Of a DNA stretch of 64,000 nucleotides, positions 46,227-59,424 are shown one piece after another. This DNA comes from Spongospora subterranea f. sp. subterranea (taxonomy: Eukaryota): positions 1-64,000 of the forward strand of contig JAUGWO010000148.1 in the NCBI GenBank assembly GCA_049724395.1. Direction: 5' to 3'. The notes under the pieces are model-generated. The model made no database searches and was not told the origin of the DNA. It was given only the letters and a program-made list of their open reading frames with translations. Every line of letters starts with the position of its first letter. The first letter of the stretch is position 1. Position numbers and translations under genes: made by a program.

Positions 46227-47589
46227 ATGCCGTATAGTGGTGTTGTGCACTAGCGCTGTACCGACTACCGCATAGGTACTCTGTTCAGTCTCTGATAAAG
46301 TACCTCCATTGCCTAAAGCCACACCAGCCCGGATTCTCTGATCTCATTGAATCGGTTCGTTGATGTTGCCAGATCGATAAGCTGTGTTGGTCACTTTTAT
46401 CCCAAATGGGGATTAAAACCTGCACTGCCACATCATCCGTTATAGTTGCCCCGACGGTCCTTTTTATACTGTTCCCGTATGTGCTCCCGCTAATGTCTAT
46501 GAATCTACCCTCTTTCATTATGGTGTTTGCATTTTTAGTGCTTTGCATATGATGACTGGCTTGATTCATAGTCCTGTTCCTTTAATTGGCGCCGCTATTC
46601 TATGCCCGATATCTTTATGGTTTTTATTTCTCACCTGTATTCGTGATCCAGGTGTTTTACCGAGATCCTCTGATCCTCAGGTGTGCGCTAATCCATATCT
46701 GTCGGCCATCTAGCTAATAAATATGACATAGGTTGGCGATCCTAAGCGGATTCAAGATGTGCTGTATGGGGGTAGATTAGTTCGTTTGAAATGGTGTGAG
46801 ACCTGCCATATATTTAGGCCTCCTCGTGCCTCGCATTGCTCTATCACCGATACATGTATCGAGCGATATGATCATTATTGCCCATTCATCGGTGCAGCAA
46901 TTGGGAAAGGCAATATCCACGTTTTATTAACTCCAAATCTTAATCAAATTTTGCATCAGGAAATTACCGTTGCTTCTTTGCTTTTCTTCTTTCAACTGCC
47001 ATCCTAACTGTAAACTTGTTTGAGCTAGTGCCAATGTGCTATTTAACACGTTATTGATTAGGCATTTGTGATGATATCTTGTGTTATCCATATTGTACTC
47101 AGAGTCAAGTCCGATAAAGGTTCGTTTGAGATATCTTAATGATGCTTCATGTTTTTGAAACTTTTACAGTAGATGATTCATCTGTGTGGCTGTCATCGTT
47201 CATCGAGACTCCAGTATCTGCCTTTTTAATCATTTACACGTTTATAGCGTGTTTCCTTATTTATGGCCTTTGCGGATTTCATTTGTACCTGATAAGCTTA
47301 GGGCTGACAACCAGCGAACAAGTAGTTTTCTATCGAAATCCAAGATCGTGGTTCTAAATTGGTCGTATAGTTGAAAGAGAGTTATCCATACGGTAACCCG
47401 CATTCAAAAGGATATCGACGAAACATTACTTCAATGTTTTGTGTTCTGCCAGAGATACAGAGGCCAACTTCGCATCATGTATTGGAACAGGAAATGATTT
47501 GGGTAAAGGTGAAGGATAGCATCAAGTCAAGACTAGATCAGTTAGATAGAAATGATGACGTTCAGATACAAGAGGGTTCAATTAGATGA
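46227..47589 (+). CDS. DHHC-type protein S-palmitoyltransferase (ERF2/ZDHHC9-like), multi-exon; start uncertain
   Basis: DPGVLPR, KWCETCHIFRPPRASHCS...CIERYDHYCPF (DHYC variant), GLTTSE. Confidence 0.9.
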
Positions 47590-47657
47590 GTTAATCTCAA
47601 GTTCAGATGATTGAATCTTGTCGCTGGTCTATACTTGCATACACTGAAATCCTAAAT

Positions 47658-48434
47658 TTATAAAATTGCTGTAACTATCCATTGGAGATCATGCTTCTGA
47701 GCGACATCTTTCAGGCAACCTTCCAAACGGTACATTGATGTTCGGGTATGTGGTATCTCAGATTCATCATTTACAGGCGCCGACGTTTTCCGATCACGGT
47801 AAACAATCTGCCCTTTGTATTCGAACATGACGTCAACATGTGCCCAGATTTCTGTTAATTGAGAGTCCAGAGTTTTCGTAATTAATGCCACGTCGAATAC
47901 CCAGGCATTCAATTCCAGAACTTTCAATGATGGCTGCAAAGTTGACTTCGATGCATTTGCGGTAAAAATGGCTTGAAGATTGGTGCGGAGATCTTCAGAG
48001 CACATGTCCTCGCATTCAGTCACATTTTCAAAGCCGATAGCTTCGTTCATCCTTCGGAAGACTGACCATTATGTGAACAAAAACATCAAAAACTTCACAA
48101 TTTTTTATACCTTGATCACAACCTTGTAGAAAGTTAGTTCTGTTGACTAACGGATTTATGAACAAGCGAATCGCGTGAAATTTCCACCAGGACATGAACT
48201 CAACTGTTGGACTCCATATAGGATCAGGAAACCTTAGCGATTTTTCCTAAAAAGAATAAAAAACTGGCAACAGCATTTTTCGCAACTGACTCCGTCAATG
48301 GTTGGTGTCAGCATCGAAAACGGATAGCCGAGTTTCACGGGTCCCGCGCCAGAATTTGTAGAGAACATTCGCAAAAAATAACAACCCGAAGTGCGCCTAT
48401 AAATCAGCGGCGAGCGCACCAACAACGACGCCAT
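47658..48434 (-). CDS. Mitochondrial MAIP1/Tim44-like protein, 3 exons
   Basis: Arg-rich presequence-like N-terminus, NFLQGCDQ.F..MNEAI, C-terminal WIVTAI; family assigned by resemblance only. Confidence 0.5.
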
Positions 48435-49147
48435 TATAGCGAATGTAAATTTAGTGGAACTAGAAGTACACTGAAACCAGTCAGGACATGTTGGGAATAA
48501 GGGATTGGAGGATGGAAGGATGGTAGACAGGAGTAACCACCACGGAGCAGTCAGCCAGTCACAGTCAGGAATCAGGATACATCTCTGTCAGTCTACATTA
48601 CAACTGTCGTTTCACCAATCCTCGGGTCGTTCCGGGTTGCGGTTACCAGTTGTTCTTGATGTTGCTGTTACAGGCTGGCGTTTAACGTCCACGGTTTTAA
48701 AAAACGAACATCGTGCTCTTTTGAGTAGCACGAACAGAAAATTCTGCCATCATTTCATGACAGGCTGTAAGATATGGGTTAGCTGTTTCGAATTAATTCA
48801 CATTAGCGTATTCGCATCAGCGTATTTACAGCTGTAGCCATCACCAGCAATCAGACATTGCCCTCTCGGACAGCAGTTACAACCTCGGGAACGGGGACGA
48901 GCGCCACAACGCCAACCCACCTTCTTGGAACGAGTCCTGGCTGAGAGGCTACATGTTGTATTCGCTTCCCGCGAGAACTTCTAAGTTACTGTCAAAGACA
49001 GCAACAGCAAAGCTGCTGAAGAGCATGAACAGGCCCATCAAACCAGAGGTCGTCGAAGCCCTCCGTGCTCAAAAGTCTTCTTAGAAGAACCCATTCTTGA
49101 GTTATCAAATGAGTACCAAGCCTGGTCCAATTTTTCCGACGTTTTCT

Positions 49148-49542
49148 ACCCACATATCAAGGGTGATTTTATTTTTGGTTAATTTTTCCTCTTGCTCCGT
49201 TGCGAAGACATGGGCTGACCGATCGGACTCAGCGTTGTTTGACGTTCCTGGTTTGGAGCTTTGACTTGTTTTTGCGCGTGTTCTGCCCAGAAACTGGCAC
49301 CGAGCCCTAAATAATTATATATAAATTTAGGAATGTGGATTTCTCCAATAATATTTATATGGCATATAGTAGTAGTGATTAGGGCTCGGTGCCAGTTTCT
49401 GTGCAGAACACGCGCAAAACCAAGTCAACGCGCCAAACCAGGAACGTCAAACATCGCTGAGTCCGATCGGTCAGCCCCATGTCTTCACAACGGAGCAAGA
49501 GGAAAAACTAACCAAAAATAAAATCACCCGTGATATGTGGGT
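49148..49542. repeat. Inverted repeat with ~163-bp arms (49148-49310, 49379-49542) and a 68-bp AT-rich spacer
   Basis: Manual alignment shows about 8 substitutions and 1 indel. Confidence 0.93.
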
Positions 49543-49761
49543 TGAAATTGAAAAGTTATTTGCTTTTTTTTGTAGAACCCGTTAATTGCAACCCGAAACA
49601 ATGATGGGAATCTTTCTGGGAATTACTTCTACTGTACCTGGCAGATTAATCTCTACCGACCGCACGGTCTTTTTCTTGTCCGGTCAAGTTCCAACCGCGC
49701 TGCTGTTTACCAGGAACTGCATTCTTCTCCACATTTCAATCTGATCTTATAAACTCTTCTT

Positions 49762-51234
49762 ATGGAATCTATACTCAAGCCAGATTGCCAACCAGAAGTT
49801 GCTTCTAAACGTGCTTCTGGCCCAGCAAAAATGAAGTTAAAGAAATCAATGTTTGCGAAAAGACCCCCTCCGCCAGAGCTAGCAATAGAGTGGAGCGAAC
49901 GGAATGAAGTGGATTTAGACCTGGAGCAGTATTGTGATATCTGGAGGAAGACTAAGTGTCGTGCCGGCATTGACAGTGATCCTTTCATTAGCCATATTAC
50001 TAATGCTAGATGTGTTGCGATGGATGATGATGGCAGACGGGTATTACGTTGGCGTTTACTATCTCATCTCCTTTACTGATAATGGCTTTAGGTCCTTCAT
50101 TGCGAGTTTTCCCTTCCCAAACATATTCAATACTCACCTGGTGATCTTATATGTGTATTGGCCCACAATTCCGACCATGTATGTCGATTTGAGTATCCAT
50201 TCGTGTTTTTGACTTGTGTTGTTCTGTTTACTGTGCAGGACGTTGATCGTATTTTAAAAGTTTCCGATACCGATGGCGAACTTGTATTTCGGGTCTTATC
50301 GCAAGGGAGTTCCAGCCTTCCCGAGTTGTGCTCAGCTCGGCTAGTGTTGCAACAGTGTCGTGACCTAAGAGCCCCAATCAGTCGGGCCATGACCGTAAAA
50401 CTGTCGTCTTATTGTTCGGAGGAGGAGAGGTCTGTGCTGTTATCTTCCAGCTCGGCAGCACCATTGTCGTTATTATCACTTCTGGACTTGTGTCCGTCCT
50501 GCAGTCCCCCCTTCTCCGTCATCATCGATTCATTGCCTGTAATGCTTCCCCGTTATTACTCCATATCATCATCACCCGCATCATATGGATCATCAGCCCA
50601 TGTCGTGTTCACCCTTCTTGAACATGGCATTTGCACACAGTATCTTCATCATCAAATATCCTCAATCATCGATACACCGCATATTAGTGGCCAACCATTT
50701 TCCCCTGTTCCTATTTCTATATTCTTACGGCAAGCTACCGACTTCAAATTGCCTGATGATGTAAATCGGTCAATTATTATGGTTGCTACCGGAACAGGAC
50801 TTGCCCCTTTCCGTTCATTCCTACAGCATCGTCAGTTCCAGATATCCGCTTCTGCTTCTGATTTAGGTCATGCATATCTGTTTTTCGGTTGTCGTCATCC
50901 ACACGGCGATTTTTTATACCACGAGGAACTTGACGGTTTCGTCGCTGAAGGAGCATTGACTCAATTAGTCACCGCATTTTCCAGGGAAGATCCCGAAAAC
51001 AAGGTCTACGTTCAAGATAGATTGATTGAGCATGGCCAGATGTTGTATGAACTGATTGTCGTATCGGATGCAGTTGTTTATGTATGTGGAGATGGTAGGA
51101 AGATGGCAAAGGACGTCAATGATGCATACGTCCGTGTGTTAATGAAATATGGAAGTATGGATCAGAACGCAGCATCTGATTACATAAAAAAAATGGTTGC
51201 CGATAAAAGATATCTGCAAGATATATGGAGCTAA
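49762..51234 (+). CDS. Methionine synthase reductase-like FAD/NADPH module with no N-terminal flavodoxin domain visible
   Basis: YSPGD, CPSCSPP, PRYYSISSS, GICT.YL, ATGTGLAPFRSF, FFGCR, YVQD, YVCGDG, C-terminal KRYLQDIWS. Confidence 0.85.
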
Positions 51235-51372
51235 AACAGTGATTATAATTATAAATTATTGGAGTACAGTATAGACTGGTTGTGGCCGCCGAGTAAGATG
51301 TTAGTATAGATGTGGCGTTGGCATGAATCAGGAATGGTTCCCATATCGGTGAAAGTCAGCAATATGACCTCA

Positions 51373-53873
51373 TCAGGGTCCAAGATGATGGTAAACAACT
51401 CCATAATCCAAAAACGTCCCAGAGGACATGAGCATTACAAGAAATGCTTCCAGAATTCGCCTCAGCTCAAGTATACGTAAATAAGTTCCATTTTGAAGGG
51501 TCATGATTTGGTGCGACCCAATTTCAATTGCAGCTTGTCGCTTAGATTCGTGCGGAGATAGTTCACCATGACAATACACTAGAACTTCGATCAATTCCGG
51601 AAAAGCGATATACTTGAATAATTTTGGATCATGACGACGACAGGAGATCTGCAAAAGATTCGACGCCATAGTCAAGTCATTTTTCTTATCAAATTGACTC
51701 AAAACGGCGGCCTCAAATGGTGAATTGGATTTGGCAAGAGAAGTGACCAGCATTGATAGCCAAACGGCATCTGCGATCGTTTCAGTGGAAGATAACGAAG
51801 TGGTCGCTTCAGCACGAATCGAGGCGAGCAGCAAACGGGTAGATGAACGATAGTCCTGTTCAGCAAATGCAATGGATGCGATGGAACGAATATGATCTGC
51901 AAGAGGTAGATCTGATAGGGACGTAGATGCAAGCATGCATTGGCGGAGAACAGGTAATAATCGAGGTAATATTTGTACAGATGACAATTGCAACGATGCG
52001 ACTAATTGGCGGGGCTTGACTGAGGTGAACTGGTGATTATCCGCTCCTTTCGCAATAATGGATCTGGATTTGTCGAAATTTTCAATAATTCGCGCTAATA
52101 AAGCAGCTATGGTATGCGATATGGACGGTGAGGCCACAGCAAACAAAATGGTGGTTGAACAACGGGCAGGGTCATACAAACACTGAAGCAGCAACGCTGG
52201 ATCTGGGATAAGAAGACATGAAGCGCATTGAGCAATATGTGAATATGACCCAGTTAATAAAGGGTCTAACATCGTCTTGGATAAATTAGAAGACTTGATC
52301 AGTGCGTAGATTGTGTTGATGATGTCTGACTCGGATCGACAACGTTCCAATGCCATTGACCGGATTTCGTCAAAAACGGGTTCCGGATTCAGATGTTTGG
52401 TCACTATCTGACCAGTAGCAGACAGGGCAATCTTCTCCTTAATCTATCATCATTAAAATCAGCAACGTTGTTAGATAATTTTAAAGAGTCAAAGTCTGCG
52501 GTGATCATGTAGGGTTGAAAACGAAATCACAGGCTCACCTGGTTGATCCAGAGCTTTAGCCGTTTAACAGAATACGTCATTGGCAGAGTTGATTCAACTC
52601 CAGCTAGTCGGTTATACAGCTGAATGAAAAAGGCTCAGCATCTGGCAAACAGTCGTCGCTTACGATTACCTGATCGGCTTGAAAAGCCATATCGTCCATT
52701 GATATACCTGCCTTAATTATTGAGTTCATAGACGGCGGCATGACCATAACAAATGTCGCTTGGAAGAGGAATAGGACCCTTATATCGAATGCTAATAAAT
52801 GCTAAACGATATTGGTGTTACTGATATGCAATGATGACTGAATGCGTTCTACCGAGGTCTGCTTGGTCATGATACAATCGAACGCCTGCTCAAATATTGT
52901 CTTGAAACCGCTATTTAGCTGATTCACACCTTGTCCATTTGCGGCATGAATAAGACCCGCTAGTCTGCTGTCGGTGACGCGTTCGTCCGGATTCTGAAAG
53001 GTTCGCTCCCAGCAATGACCGCTATAGACGCAAACAACGGGAATTAGCCGTTCGACAGATTGGATTTGGTGAGAAGACAGAGCCCCTCTGGACACAGTCA
53101 GCACCTCCAACGACCGAAGACGCTCCCGACGCTGGCGTTAACAAAATGGTTATATGTGGTGATTGGCTAAATCCGGAAGGCACAAAATATTACCGATAAA
53201 TAAAACTCGCCCAACTCCATATATATGCCTGGCGAGCGGTCATGATCGGGACTAATCCTATGCAGACCAACAAGGGCATGTGACACCAGGGAAGATAGAC
53301 GCGCACGAGTCACTTTGGTGCTGAAGGTAGACGAACGAACGATGTATCTGAAAGGAGATGGATCAGGGAAAAGAAATGCCAAAGAACAGCAAAATTGCGT
53401 GAATTACCTGAAAATTAGTATAGTGAAGTCATGATGATCGGAATCATTCGGCATTGACAGCCATGTCGATGGAGACTTGTCAGCAATGATCGCAGTTAAC
53501 CTGTTGACAATCCTGTCGTGATGTGCAGTAATTGCCGGTGTACATAATGTGATATCTAGGGTCGCCACTATCTAATGATGAGTAATATTACAGTTCTGTT
53601 TGATACTGGATGACATATACTTATCCGACCTGTATTGCCGCATCAAGGAATATAGAGCAAATAGATTCATTGCCCACCGATTTGATCGATCTATCGATGA
53701 ATGCGTTGAACAGATCAAAAGGTGACGGTACACCAAAGCCTGACTGAAGTATCTGGTTCAGCTGTAAAGGATGGTGTTATGGAATACAAAGGGGGATATT
53801 AGGCAATGATGGCTCATACGTAATTAGATAATCGGAATGGAGTTCCATAAGATATAATTTCAACAGCTGCCAT
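51373..53873 (-). CDS. Hypothetical multi-exon helical protein
   Basis: Apparent exons separated by short GT-AG introns from ATG 53873, with a 343-codon last ORF; no recognised motif. Confidence 0.6.
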
Positions 53874-55306
53874 TACATAAATGACCCGGCGGTGATCTGT
53901 TGTGCGGTACAATCTGACCTCATATGCCGTACTGTACCGCTCTGGTCTGTTAGGGCCGGACACCGATATCAGACCGGGTCACACTGGTCAATGCGTATAT
54001 TTTCCTATTTTGACTCCAGGAACGCCATTGTTTGTTCAGTCTGCGAATCGCCATACTCGTTCGATCTTCCGAAAGCTTCTTCCGGTGAAGCATTGAGTGA
54101 TTACCCCCTCCGGCGTTTCCTTAATCGGTGGATCGCGTTCTAAGGTTCACGTAGACATTCTTTTTCAAGGAAAAGCGCGAAAGAGGTTCAAAATGTAAAA
54201 TTTTATTCTGTGGGAGTGTCAATACAACCTGTAAGACATAGAACAGTTTACTATTGTACAGTTACATACTTACGTTATCTTCCTCTCGTTTTGTTATGTC
54301 ACATCCAGTGGTGTATGTGATGAAGATGGTCTTACGCAGCACTGGTTAGCATTCTAGACAAGTCAAATGGGCCACATAACTTCAAAAACAAGATTGTAAT
54401 TGTGGAAGGAGGTTATCTTAGGGAAGCATTCTCTTCAGACGACATTTTTATTAGGGTTGGCCGTAAACTCATCCAACTTTTCACGCACAATTCCGTGCCG
54501 CATACGTATGTAGGTGTATCAAAAATTTTCCAAAAGTCCGCGGACTTCTTACGTTTCATCACTTCATGCCACTTTCATCCCGGTTTATGTGGGTTTGCGG
54601 CCAACCTAATTGTACTATTTTTACCGAGCATCGTAACCTGGTTTTTTATCATGACTCGATGTCCCGCCCCGCTGCAAAGGCAGGAGCTTGTTGGGCAATA
54701 ACGAGAGCGTTGATTGCAAGGATCGGAATCAGTGCGGTTACCAAGAAAATCTTGAACCATCCGATTGATTATCGTTAAGTTCGCGTTCAGATCGTTGACA
54801 TTGAGAATTATGTATACTGTGGCATTATTATTTATCGGTAGCCTACAGCAACTAAATGTAACTGGTATGGTCTCGTCCAGATCACCGACAAGTCAAGGAT
54901 GCGCATCGAATATTGAATCACCGACGATCTTAACAATTTTTCCAAAGTAGACGCATAAACCGGCAGAATTCTCGCGCAATAGTTTGCAACAGGCTTGTCT
55001 CTGCCAGAAGCCGACGGAACATCGACATTTCTTGTACTTTGTGATCCTTATCGATACTTCATTTTCGTAAAGAAAGAAAATTTGGATAAAACAGGAGCAG
55101 TAGTCGAATTCATATCAAATGTAATGCTGTAATTAACGGCGATGTCTCGGAAGGCCTTGAGACGCCCAAAAAAGGTCGCCGCTGCGAGTTCGATAAGAAA
55201 GCTTCGTCATCCGTAAACGTGATGCAGAGAAAGCGTTTGAGCAACCGAATTAGGAAAATACTGGAGCATTTCCATAAATAGTATACACAATGTTGTATAT
55301 AAAGAC

Positions 55307-58300
55307 TTAACTTGACTCAAAATCGGATGAATTCGCAGTAGCCAGAGTGGATTCTGAAGAATGATCCGAAGAAATAGGGCGCTTGTTCCCAGATAGCGAC
55401 CCCGCTGATGACCTTCTGGATGAAGATGCAGCAGTCGCTTTGGAACGACGCCTTGCAGATGCAGGACGGTGTTGCTTCGCGCTTACTGGTGTTCGATGTT
55501 TGGGAGTAGATAAGCTGAATATTGGGGCACACGAGTCGCTGTCGGAAGCCATTAGGTTGACCAGGCATTTATCGTCTTCAGATGCAATGAGTCCATGACG
55601 GGGGCTATTAATGCCATTGGACATTTCCTTTACTGGGGCTTCATCCGGGACAATAGCGTCACCAGTGACATCAGATGATGAAGCAGCAGGTTGAACAACC
55701 TGCTGAGTCCCTCCAATGGAATTGGCAGTTGAAGGTTGTGCATTGGCAGATTTGCTGTTTTTCACGAAGGTGATTATATACGGAGGACGTAGCGGGAGAC
55801 CACATTCATTGTACTTAAGATATGCCTAAGACTCACAAATAAATATAAAGAATATACCACATAAAACAGCGTCCGAACCTGAACTGCATATCTGAGCGCC
55901 ACATAATGAAAGCTCAGCAGACTAATGAATGTATTTCAAAAACGCAGATGAGTAGTACAATCTGTTAGCATACCCAGATACAGCAAGGTGCAGCAAGATC
56001 TTCTGACAATCCATTGTACTAAATGTCTTCTTGTCCAAGAGCACGTGTGGCGGGAACTTAAGCTCTTCCGAACCAATACCTCGCCACGCGTCTGATAATT
56101 GCTTAATAGTCATGCATTGCTTTGATGAACGCAATTCCGCCAATAACTTCTGGACGCTATCAGTTAATTCAACCCTCGTCAACGTATTCGGATCTCTAAG
56201 GCAACTAAATGAATGTTGAAATCAATTAAAACGTTCTAGCTTGCAGACTGAATAAAAAAAGTCAACTATTACTTATCACAGTATTTCCCACACGAGTCCG
56301 GAAGACTGGATTCCCCGAAATGCCGCTCAAGCAGTACATGCCTACAAGTCCTCAAATCAAGGCAAAATCCGAGCATCTCGATTAATTGCAGCTCATCTAT
56401 AGATAGACCTTATATCAAAACCAACTTATCAGTGGCGATTCGACTGTAAATTGTACACACTGTTATGGCCTTCGACGCCCATAGCGGCGATACGCAACGC
56501 GTCTTGAGGACTATAATAGATAACGGAGACAGCAGGTTGGCGATCGCGACCGGCTCTGCCAGATTCCTGATAATATCCAGACAAAGACTATGGCAGAACA
56601 TGGACCTCGTTAGGATTTGTTGAACGAAAGTGAAACAGAGACGGCAGTCACCTTGGATATTGACTGATGGATGACGAAGCGTACGTCAGCTTTTGATACT
56701 AGACGAAGCAACTGATTAGAATAGTGACATCGACATACCCTTGGCCAATTGTGTATCAGTTATTGATTACCTCCCATTCCAAACGCAATCTACAGATAAG
56801 GTTGGTGAGTGAGGATGTAGACGAAAATGACAGGTATTACAGTTGCCACCACAATCTGTATGGCGTTAGATTGCCATTGACTATACACGGATTCCCTAAT
56901 ATTGCTATCAAGGCCTGCGTGATAGCATGCACAGCTGATACCCAAGTCGATAAGGTTGCTGCAGATGCTCTCACAATCCTGATGTCAGACACAAATGAGA
57001 AAATATGATAACTGTAAAGATACGGAGCACCTTCTTGCTCAACGCGTATATGATTCCACTTCCCTGGATAAACCGCGGATCCTCTGATACTAGCGACGCT
57101 ATCTGGGACCCAAGCTCTGATGCGTTTTTGGGCTTCATCTGAACCTGATGGAGCAAGTTGAAAAGAGTCGTGCAAACTTTATAGAATAAGTTGACCTGAT
57201 AAAAAATATTGGGCCGATCACAGGATTGGCGGAATATGACAGTATTGGGCAGTAAACACAATATAGTTCGGATATCATTGGCGGTCTTATCATCTGAAAT
57301 TGGAAATGGACATGAGAACGGGGAAAATAATTATGGGAATAGAAATGAACCAACCAGCTGTTGCAGTCAATGCAGTGATACAGATATCCGGGTACAATCT
57401 CCTGAGCATGCTTAGTTTCCTAAAATTGCAATGACACCATATAAAGAGAGAAAAACGTGTCAATGACTATCAAACAACCTGTAATCAGGCCGGAAATCAT
57501 GGCCCCATTGCGAGCAGCAATCTATCATGAACAATCAATGGAGCAGAGAAGCAGGAGCTGATTTTGTTACGAGCTTCATCAATGACGATACGAGCCAGCT
57601 TCCCTTGACCGCATGCGGTTGAGAGATGTCGTTGCAAAGTTTTGGACTTGATGAGCAGCTCAGGAGAGACGTACAATAGGGAAAGAGAGCCCTATAACAG
57701 AGGGAGGTGATGGATAGGGGAATTCCACATGGGCAGAGTAGGGAACTGACCTGCCCTATGCTCTCGTATATATAGGAGGAAGACTCCTTGGATGTGTCGC
57801 TCCCCAGCCTTGCCGCCCTAATATCCAGCGCCTGCAGCTGATTCACCTGGAAAAGGAAGAAGGTTGTAGAGGAACAAGGCAGGGCGATATAGAGCACGAA
57901 CCTGATCGTGCATTAATGCGATAAGAGGGGATATAACCAGAGTTAACCGATTAGGATATAGCAATGCGGGCAGTTGGAAGCACAAGCTTTTACCAGATCC
58001 AGCAGGTAAGAACACCATACAATCAATCCCTGATAAAACACAATCACAGATCTCCTTCTGCATTGGTCTCCAGTATAAGATGTGGAACTTGTGAATTCTA
58101 GTCTCTTCGAGTATCTTAGACCATGGATATGTTGATATGACCCCATCAGTTCTTGTAAACTGTAGTTGATTTTTCTCCTGCGTCTTCCTGTTTTCTGCCT
58201 GAACATACTCCTTTAATAGCTCTAAAATAGGATATAACAGTTTAGTGTGTTGATTAAGGGCAATCACTGCAGGATTCTAATACGTTCAAGATCAGCAATC

Positions 58301-58419
58301 CGACATTGCCGCACATATATCTCGTCTTTCAACTGCAAAAGCTCCCGTCTTATTAACTCCTTTTCCTTTGAGTTGTCATCTATGTCGTCATCACTGGTCA
58401 AATCTACCAGATTTGACAT
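55307..58419 (-). CDS. RecQ-family DNA helicase (RECQL-like), multi-exon
   Basis: [66 protein letters not shown] cysteines. Confidence 0.93.
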
Positions 58420-59424
58420 TGGCTTTGTCGTTTATACTCCAGAATGAATATCTTTATCAACACTGAGATACAGTACTAAATCATAATCATGTCATGTCAA
58501 TGTAGTACAGCGGTGGAGTAACAGTCGTGCACGCAAATATTCCAGTTTTGCTGTTCGCAGGCCGCTCCCACTGCGTGCCTGGCTGCTCCCACTGGCATTA
58601 TCATTGCGTTGTGACTTGTGAGGTGACTGCATGCTAACGTGATTGGCAGGCGCAAAAATAAAAAAAATACTGTTTGCAAAGGTTTATCAAAGGAGTACTA
58701 CGTAGGAGAATGCTCAGATATAAAAACATCAGATTCTTGTCGACATCATTTCTAGTGAAAATTTGTTAATGCTTCCCATGCGCTTTGCATGAATAACAAC
58801 AACTCGTTGTCGACTATAATTTTGCCGATTGGTGATAAGTTACGATAGGTGTGCTTCTTGGCTCGTGATAGATATCTGATCTGCAGCAGCTACCAAGCAC
58901 ATTCGATCAAGTTATTGTGATGATTTACTAGCAAATGGGCACTGTTGCTACGCGACCATCCATGATTACACAGCACAGATTCAGAGCCCTGACGATTGGA
59001 GATACGCGATGAAATGTGACGCCGATAACATGAACGAGTGCCGTGGTCAATTCTCTTCACCGTCAGGCGCTCACCGAGTCATCCCCTGGACAGAGTTGTG
59101 CTCCGCCTGGGCCAGACGTGCGCAGCCTTCTTGATGAAGTTCAAATCAACGCCTTTTCAACCAACGGTTATCGTAATGTACACACAGTTTTAAAAATGGC
59201 GGGTCAATTAACGGCAAGGGAGTAAATACATCCAATAGTGATGGCACTACAGTCCCCACGACCACCATACCCATCAAACAACATCCATTGATGCTCACCA
59301 TCTCGCCTCTGACTACACCCGACCAGAAAATATCTCCCTTCACCTAGGGCGGTGTTCCGTCACTTTCGTCCTATCACATACACGATTGCTTGTTCCGACC
59401 GCCATCAGCGTGTGATTGATTGTG

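Noticed and set aside
48489..48602. Solo LTR (TGTTGG...ACA)
   Set aside because: No target-site duplication, primer-binding site or second copy in the window.
49934..50212. Hydrophobic 92-aa ORF suggesting a membrane protein fused to the reductase
   Set aside because: It spans introns in frames explained by the spliced reductase model.
54200..55250. Possible Helitron or other element fragment
   Set aside because: No diagnostic Rep/helicase motif or termini could be read.
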